Shown: positions 27,459 to 32,025 of the stretch, one piece after another | How the letters are laid out: every line of letters begins with the position of its first letter | Position numbering within the stretch: the stretch's first letter is position 1 | Source of the DNA: Dehalococcoidia bacterium | GTDB taxonomy: Bacteria; Chloroflexota; Dehalococcoidia; Lucifugimonadales; UBA3495 | NCBI GenBank assembly: GCA_030740155.1 | Contig: JASLXV010000105.1 | Location: forward strand, 1 to 32,025 | DNA: 32,025 nucleotides | Reading direction: 5' to 3' | Notes under the pieces: generated by a model | The model's database searches: none | What the model was told of the DNA's origin: nothing | What the model saw: the letters and a program-made list of their open reading frames with translations, nothing else | Position numbers and translations under genes: made by a program

Positions 27459-28382
27459 CTAGCGGCCCCTCAGCTTCGGATCCAGCACGTCGCGCAGGGC
27501 GTCGCCCAGGAAGTTGACCGAGAAAACGACCAATCCTATGGCGATCATCGGCGGTATGGCCAGCCAGGCCTGGGTGTCGATGTACTGCCGGCCGGTCTGA
27601 AGCATGCCGCCCCAAGTTGGAACGTCCGGCGGGATGCCCACGCCCAGGAAGCTGAGAGATGCCTCCACGACGATGGCGAAGCCCACGCTGACGGTCACCA
27701 GCACGATGTAGGTCGCCGCCACGTTGGGCAGCATGTGCCGCAGCACGATTCGGCCTGAAGTGGCCCCGATGGCCCGCGCCGCCAGCATGTAGTCCAACTC
27801 TTTGATGCTCAGCGCCTGGGACCGGATCACCCGGGTCGCGCCCGGTATGAATATGGCCGTCAGCGCAATGATTACGTTCCGGTCCGATGCCCCCAACGCC
27901 GCCATCAGCCCCAGGGCCAGGATGATGGGGGGAAAGCCCATCAGCGCGTCCACCACCCGTTGGATAATAAGGTCAGCTTTCCCTCCTGAGTAGGCGCTGA
28001 AGACACCGATCAGCGTACCCGAGGTAATGCCCACCAGCACGCTGACTACCGCCACTTTCATGGAGATCCAGGCGCCGAACATCAGCCGGCTCACGGTGTC
28101 TCTTCCCAGTTGGTCGGTGCCTAGGAACAGGTCACCACCGGGACCCATGAATTTAGCCCCCAAACCTATTGCTTTGGGGTCATGGGGCGTCACGTCGGCC
28201 CACCTGCCCAGGACCCCAATGGTGATGATCAATATAACCACCACCGCACCGGCTGCCCCCAGCGGTTTCTTCCGGGAAAAACTCGCTAACCCGGCCAGTA
28301 GCGCGCCCGCACCTACCGGCTTGGGTTGAATCCGAGCCTGTTCCTCGATTTGGGCCCCTCCCTCGGTTCTGTACACTTGCAT
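27459..28382 (-). CDS. Peptide/nickel ABC permease, DppC/OppC-like
   Basis: LGTDQLGRD..SR...GA, AARAIGA...RI..RH.LPN (EAA loop), EASLSFLG.G...P.WG.ML, GDALRD.LDP. Confidence 0.93.
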   Translation of the reverse strand: MQVYRTEGGAQIEEQARIQPKPVGAGALLAGLASFSRKKPLGAAGAVVVILIITIGVLGRWADVTPHDPKAIGLGAKFMGPGGDLFLGTDQLGRDTVSRLMFGAWISMKVAVVSVLVGITSGTLIGVFSAYSGGKADLIIQRVVDALMGFPPIILALGLMAALGASDRNVIIALTAIFIPGATRVIRSQALSIKELDYMLAARAIGATSGRIVLRHMLPNVAATYIVLVTVSVGFAIVVEASLSFLGVGIPPDVPTWGGMLQTGRQYIDTQAWLAIPPMIAIGLVVFSVNFLGDALRDVLDPKLRGR

Positions 28383-28520
28383 CTATCCGCCGCTTACCTA
28401 TTGGTCTAGTGATCCACCCGTCCTCCAGCCTCCGCGCCGAAAATGCGCGGGCGGGTTCATCAACATCCGCAGCGAGGACGGGGCATGACGCCGGGGGCCG
28501 CTGTCCCGATACCGGGCCGT

Positions 28521-29471
28521 CTAGGCATAACGTATCCGCGGGTCCAGCAGGCCGTACAACAGGTCCACCAAAAGATTGATCGTCACGATGGCAACACCGA
28601 TAATAACTATCTCCGCCTGAATCAGTGGGTAGTCCCGATGAAAGACAGCCTCAATCAGAATCCTTCCCATACCCGGTATCAGGAAGATGGTCTCAATTAC
28701 CACGGTCCCGCCGAATAGCCGTCCGAACTGCCACCCGGACACGGTCAGGATCGGCAAGATCGCATTTTTCAGCCCGTGCCGCACCACCACCACCCGCTCT
28801 CCCAATCCCTTGGACCGGGCCGTTCTCATGTAGTCCTCTCTCAGGATCTCCATCATCGAGGACCGGGTCACCCGGGCGATGAACGCCATGTTGTACAGCG
28901 CCAACGACAACGCCGGGAAGATCAACTGGTGCAGGTTGGTCATGGGGGCGTCCCACGGCTTCTCGTATCCCAGCGGCGGCAGCCCGCCGAAACGGACCAG
29001 GATGAGGATCAGCCCCACCGCCACGATGAAATTGGGCACCGCGATCCCCACCAGGGTGAAGATGCGGGCCCCGTAGTCGACCAAGCCCTCGGGTTTGATC
29101 GCCGAGATGATCCCAAAGGGAACGGCTATGATCACGGACATTATGAGGGCCATGACCGCCAGTTCCAGGGTCACCGGGATACGCTCTTTTAGCTCCGTCA
29201 TGACGGGTGCTTTAAACCACAGGGAGTCGCCGAAATCCAAGTGAACCACGCCCCGCATCCATTTGGCGTACTGGACTGCTATGTGGGAGTCAGTGCCCAA
29301 CTCCACGCGTAGCTTTGCCAGGTCTTCCTGGGTGTACTCGGCATCGCCCTCGCTAAGTATGGCCAGAGCCGGGTCCCCCGGAATCAAGCGCATGACCACG
29401 AAGACGATTAAGGTGATCAGAAGAACTGTCGGTAAGAAGAGCGCTACCCGTTTCGCTGCGTATTGTCGCAT
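28521..29471 (-). CDS. Peptide/nickel ABC permease, DppB/OppB-like
   Basis: IPGDPA, LDFG.S, EDYMRTARSKGL, VIETIF.IPGMG, DLLY..LDPRIRY. Confidence 0.93.
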   Translation of the reverse strand: MRQYAAKRVALFLPTVLLITLIVFVVMRLIPGDPALAILSEGDAEYTQEDLAKLRVELGTDSHIAVQYAKWMRGVVHLDFGDSLWFKAPVMTELKERIPVTLELAVMALIMSVIIAVPFGIISAIKPEGLVDYGARIFTLVGIAVPNFIVAVGLILILVRFGGLPPLGYEKPWDAPMTNLHQLIFPALSLALYNMAFIARVTRSSMMEILREDYMRTARSKGLGERVVVVRHGLKNAILPILTVSGWQFGRLFGGTVVIETIFLIPGMGRILIEAVFHRDYPLIQAEIVIIGVAIVTINLLVDLLYGLLDPRIRYA

Positions 29472-29582
29472 TCTAGCCCGGCCCAAATCCTTCGTAGTGC
29501 TATTACTTGTTGTGCCTCACCACCAGCCGGCCAACTTGAATCCCACCAACCGATCCAGTTTCGCTGGCTGGAGCAATTATTC

Positions 29583-29610
29583 GGCCTGCCCCGGTTTCCC
29601 AGGGCAGGCC
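29583..29610 (-). other. Strong intercistronic stem-loop after binding protein 2
   Basis: Minus strand GGCCTGCCCTGG-GAAA-CCGGGGCAGGCC, no U-tract. Confidence 0.7.
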
Positions 29611-29649
29611 TCTATTCTCGGTTCTGCTCCGAGGTAGTGTGCTAGGTAT

Positions 29650-31572
29650 CTACCGGTCCAGCCAGATGTCTTCGTGCTTGAACCCGTTTTGGACCGAGTT
29701 GGCCGGGTTATAGCCCTTGATATCCTCGTGGACCATCTGGAAGAAGTTGGCCCAAACTTGAGTGACCCAGTGGTTGTCCGAGTAGCCTTTGCTCAGGTCG
29801 TTAACGTCCGTGGGGACCAGCCAGTCCTCGATCTCCTTCAGGATATCCCGGCGCACGTCCACGTCCTGCTCGACCTTCTGCAACTCATACTTCTCACGTA
29901 TGAAGGCGGGTTCCCAGTTGGTGTAGTTCCGGGTGCCTCCGGTCAGGTAGACGCCACCCATCAGGGCGTCGGCGTCGATGATCGTCATACCCTCAGCCTG
30001 GCAGGACAGTTGCCAGTCCCCGACGACTCCCTCTGGCCGGGAAGTGCCGTACAGAGCGTACCCGGCGGCGCTCTCGTGGGAGGTGATATCGCCGGTGATG
30101 CCCAGCGTGTCCTTCAACTGCTGCTTGATGACCTGGCAGAACTCGTCGTACTTGCCGGTCATCCGGGCGTCGAAATGGGTTTCAAACCCGTCGGCGAACC
30201 CGGCTTCCTCCATCAACTGCTTCGCGTACGCAATGTCTTCCTCGCCGCCCGCGGTATCCTTGGACCGGATACCAGGCCAGGCCAGGCATTCGTCGAAGCT
30301 GTAGCCCATACCCATCATCGGGCATGGAGTGTCACCGGTGTCATCCAACATTATGCTGTTGATCTGCTGCCGGTCTATGGCCAGGTAAATTGCCTTGCGG
30401 ATTCTGGGGTCGGTGAAGGGCTCCTTCAGTATGTTGATCATGAAGCCCATGTTCTGGGTGCCGCCAAGCCGGTGAGCGACGATATGGCCGCGGCTGCTGC
30501 CTACGGTATCAGCGTCCAACTGAAGGTATTCGGTCGCCGTCAAGCTCGAGAAACCGCCGTTCATCATGTCTACCTGGCCGGCCTTGAACTGGGCGATAAG
30601 GGTACCGGCGTCGGTGATGATAAAGTGGTCGATCGAGTCAACGAAGGGCCGGCCCGGCTTGAAGTAGTCCTGGTTCTTGGACACAGCGTACAGGTTGCCG
30701 CGCTTGTACTCCTCCAGGACGAAGGGACCGGAGCCGGACCTGTGCTCAATGACGTTTTCTCCCTGGTTCAGGTCAATCCCCTGCTCCAGCAGGTGCTTGG
30801 GCAGAATCTTGGCGTAGTCCAGCGCCAAGAACTTGATGAACGCACCGGACGGGAATTGGAGGTTGAACTCCACCGTCGTGTCGTCGATGCGCTTTACGCC
30901 GTCGTCTTCCACGGGCTTGGTGTAGTTCCGGAAGAGGCCGGAGCGGCCCATGGATGTCTCGGGGTTCATGTACCGGGAAAGCATGAACACCACGTCATCG
31001 GCGGTAAGGTCAACTCCGTCCTGCCACCTGGCGTCGTCAGCCAGCTTAAAGGTAAAGGTCTGGCCGGCGTTGGTGATGTCCCAGCTGGTGCACAGGTCGC
31101 AAACCACTTTGTTGACATCAGTGGTGTCAAACTGGACGACCTGGTTATACAGCTGGGAATAGGCTATGACGGCCGAGAGGGAGCCGGACCCAGTGGGGTC
31201 CCAGTCCTTGGTGTCGGCGTAGGCGGCCATCCGGACGTGTCCGCCGGCTTGAGCCGCTATCGGATCGACGGTGGGAACCGGGGTGGGGCGGGGCCGCGGG
31301 GTATTGGTGGGGCGGACGACGACGGTCCTCTCGACGACGACCGTCTTCTCCACGACTACGGTTCTCTCCACATCCACCGGCACCTGCACCGTCCTCTCCA
31401 CGACTACGGTTCTCTCCACATCCACCGGCACTTCCACTGTTCGTTCCACTATCACTTCTCTCACGGTGGGAGTTGCCGTGGCGCTCGCGCCACACGCCAC
31501 GCTGATCAGCAACAGCAACGCGGCTACCAAGGGAAGAAGAGTCCAACGATTCAACCGGGGGTGCCTTGACAT
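29650..31572 (-). CDS. ABC transporter substrate-binding lipoprotein, family 5, paralogue 2
   Basis: Colinear with paralogue 1 along its whole length (same C-terminus KHEDIWLDR); lipobox SVAC; start after RBS GGAGGA. Confidence 0.93.
   Translation of the reverse strand: MSRHPRLNRWTLLPLVAALLLLISVACGASATATPTVREVIVERTVEVPVDVERTVVVERTVQVPVDVERTVVVEKTVVVERTVVVRPTNTPRPRPTPVPTVDPIAAQAGGHVRMAAYADTKDWDPTGSGSLSAVIAYSQLYNQVVQFDTTDVNKVVCDLCTSWDITNAGQTFTFKLADDARWQDGVDLTADDVVFMLSRYMNPETSMGRSGLFRNYTKPVEDDGVKRIDDTTVEFNLQFPSGAFIKFLALDYAKILPKHLLEQGIDLNQGENVIEHRSGSGPFVLEEYKRGNLYAVSKNQDYFKPGRPFVDSIDHFIITDAGTLIAQFKAGQVDMMNGGFSSLTATEYLQLDADTVGSSRGHIVAHRLGGTQNMGFMINILKEPFTDPRIRKAIYLAIDRQQINSIMLDDTGDTPCPMMGMGYSFDECLAWPGIRSKDTAGGEEDIAYAKQLMEEAGFADGFETHFDARMTGKYDEFCQVIKQQLKDTLGITGDITSHESAAGYALYGTSRPEGVVGDWQLSCQAEGMTIIDADALMGGVYLTGGTRNYTNWEPAFIREKYELQKVEQDVDVRRDILKEIEDWLVPTDVNDLSKGYSDNHWVTQVWANFFQMVHEDIKGYNPANSVQNGFKHEDIWLDR
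31341..31436 (-). repeat. Coding tandem repeat, 2 x 48 bp (45/48 identical), within a longer VERTV array
   Basis: ccgtcttctccacgactacggttctctccacatccaccggcacctgca followed by ccgtcctctccacgactacggttctctccacatccaccggcacttcca. Confidence 0.9.
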
Positions 31573-31757
31573 AGCTATTCCTCCATTGCGGTTGGCCTGG
31601 TCTGAGCCGCGCTCTGGTCTACGAGGGGCGCGCACTCCTTCAGTCGGTTCGGTCCGAGATCCTAACTAACAACCGAAAACATAATAGTATGGGCACAGAG
31701 TTATCTGTTTTCTCGATGGTTTCCATCACAGCCTGGCCCAGCCTGTGAGTGTGAAGG

Positions 31758-31786
31758 ATTCTAGACTACTATAGCAACAAAGTCAA
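31758..31786 (-). promoter_or_regulatory. sigma70 promoter of the ABC operon
   Basis: TTGACT-17 bp-TAGAAT. Confidence 0.65.
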
Positions 31787-31906
31787 GCTATCATCGCTTG
31801 GCGGTAGGTTTTGGAGGCGTTCAGGTGCTTGGTTGCTGTTTACCGTCGTACGTGGGTTATGTTAATACGTGTTCACTGCATAGTGCTGTTGGTATCAGCA
31901 ACACCC

Positions 31907-32025
31907 TCCTGGCGGTGACGCCGGCGGTCAGCTAGGTTGATTGGGGAAACCGGTGAGGCCGGCGGGCCAAAGCCGCCGATAGTTGATGACCCCGGCGGGC
32001 GCCGGGAGTCTGGGTCTATTGGCTC
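31907..32025. repeat. 119-bp exact direct repeat, copy 2 (cut by the window end)
   Basis: Identical to 27123-27241. Confidence 0.95.

Noticed and set aside
27153..27758. 201-aa ORF starting in the repeated element
   Set aside because: TTG start without RBS, low-complexity translation, and antisense overlap with the dppC-like gene
29674..31569. 631-aa + strand ORF, and similar long antisense ORFs over comEC, the M16 gene, cob genes and the acylase
   Set aside because: Antisense shadows of GC-rich coding frames; no motifs, and the opposite strand has clear homology

Overview
GC-rich bacterial chromosomal segment. The gene style (lipoprotein family-5 ABC substrate-binding paralogues with V/E/P-rich linkers, enolase-superfamily and Ntn-hydrolase enzymes, late cobamide genes) suggests Chloroflexota/Dehalococcoidia, possibly SAR202-like; this is inference only. 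Left to right: a 5'-truncated comEA fragment and intact comEC; rph; an HtrA lipoprotein; an M16 peptidase with a PNPOx-like gene; a late cobalamin/salvage cluster (cbiA-cobO-cobT-cobS // cbiB-cobD) under a clear cobalamin riboswitch and split by a divergent wHTH/EamA pair; an MBL hydrolase; an MR/MLE enzyme and penicillin-acylase-family hydrolase; a small membrane protein; a PncC/CinA-C homologue; tlyA; and a dpp/opp-like ABC locus with two paralogous binding proteins. No CRISPR, tRNA, rRNA, transposase or integrase is seen. The best candidates for something undescribed are non-coding: (i) a structured element, identical over at least 119 bp, upstream of both diverged binding-protein genes, and (ii) a promoter-bounded, switch-like ~100-nt leader before the MR/MLE gene. 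Also notable: the comEA junction, a probable CTG start for cobS, a PncC homologue without its catalytic Ser, and several unrelated REP-like palindrome families in the spacers.
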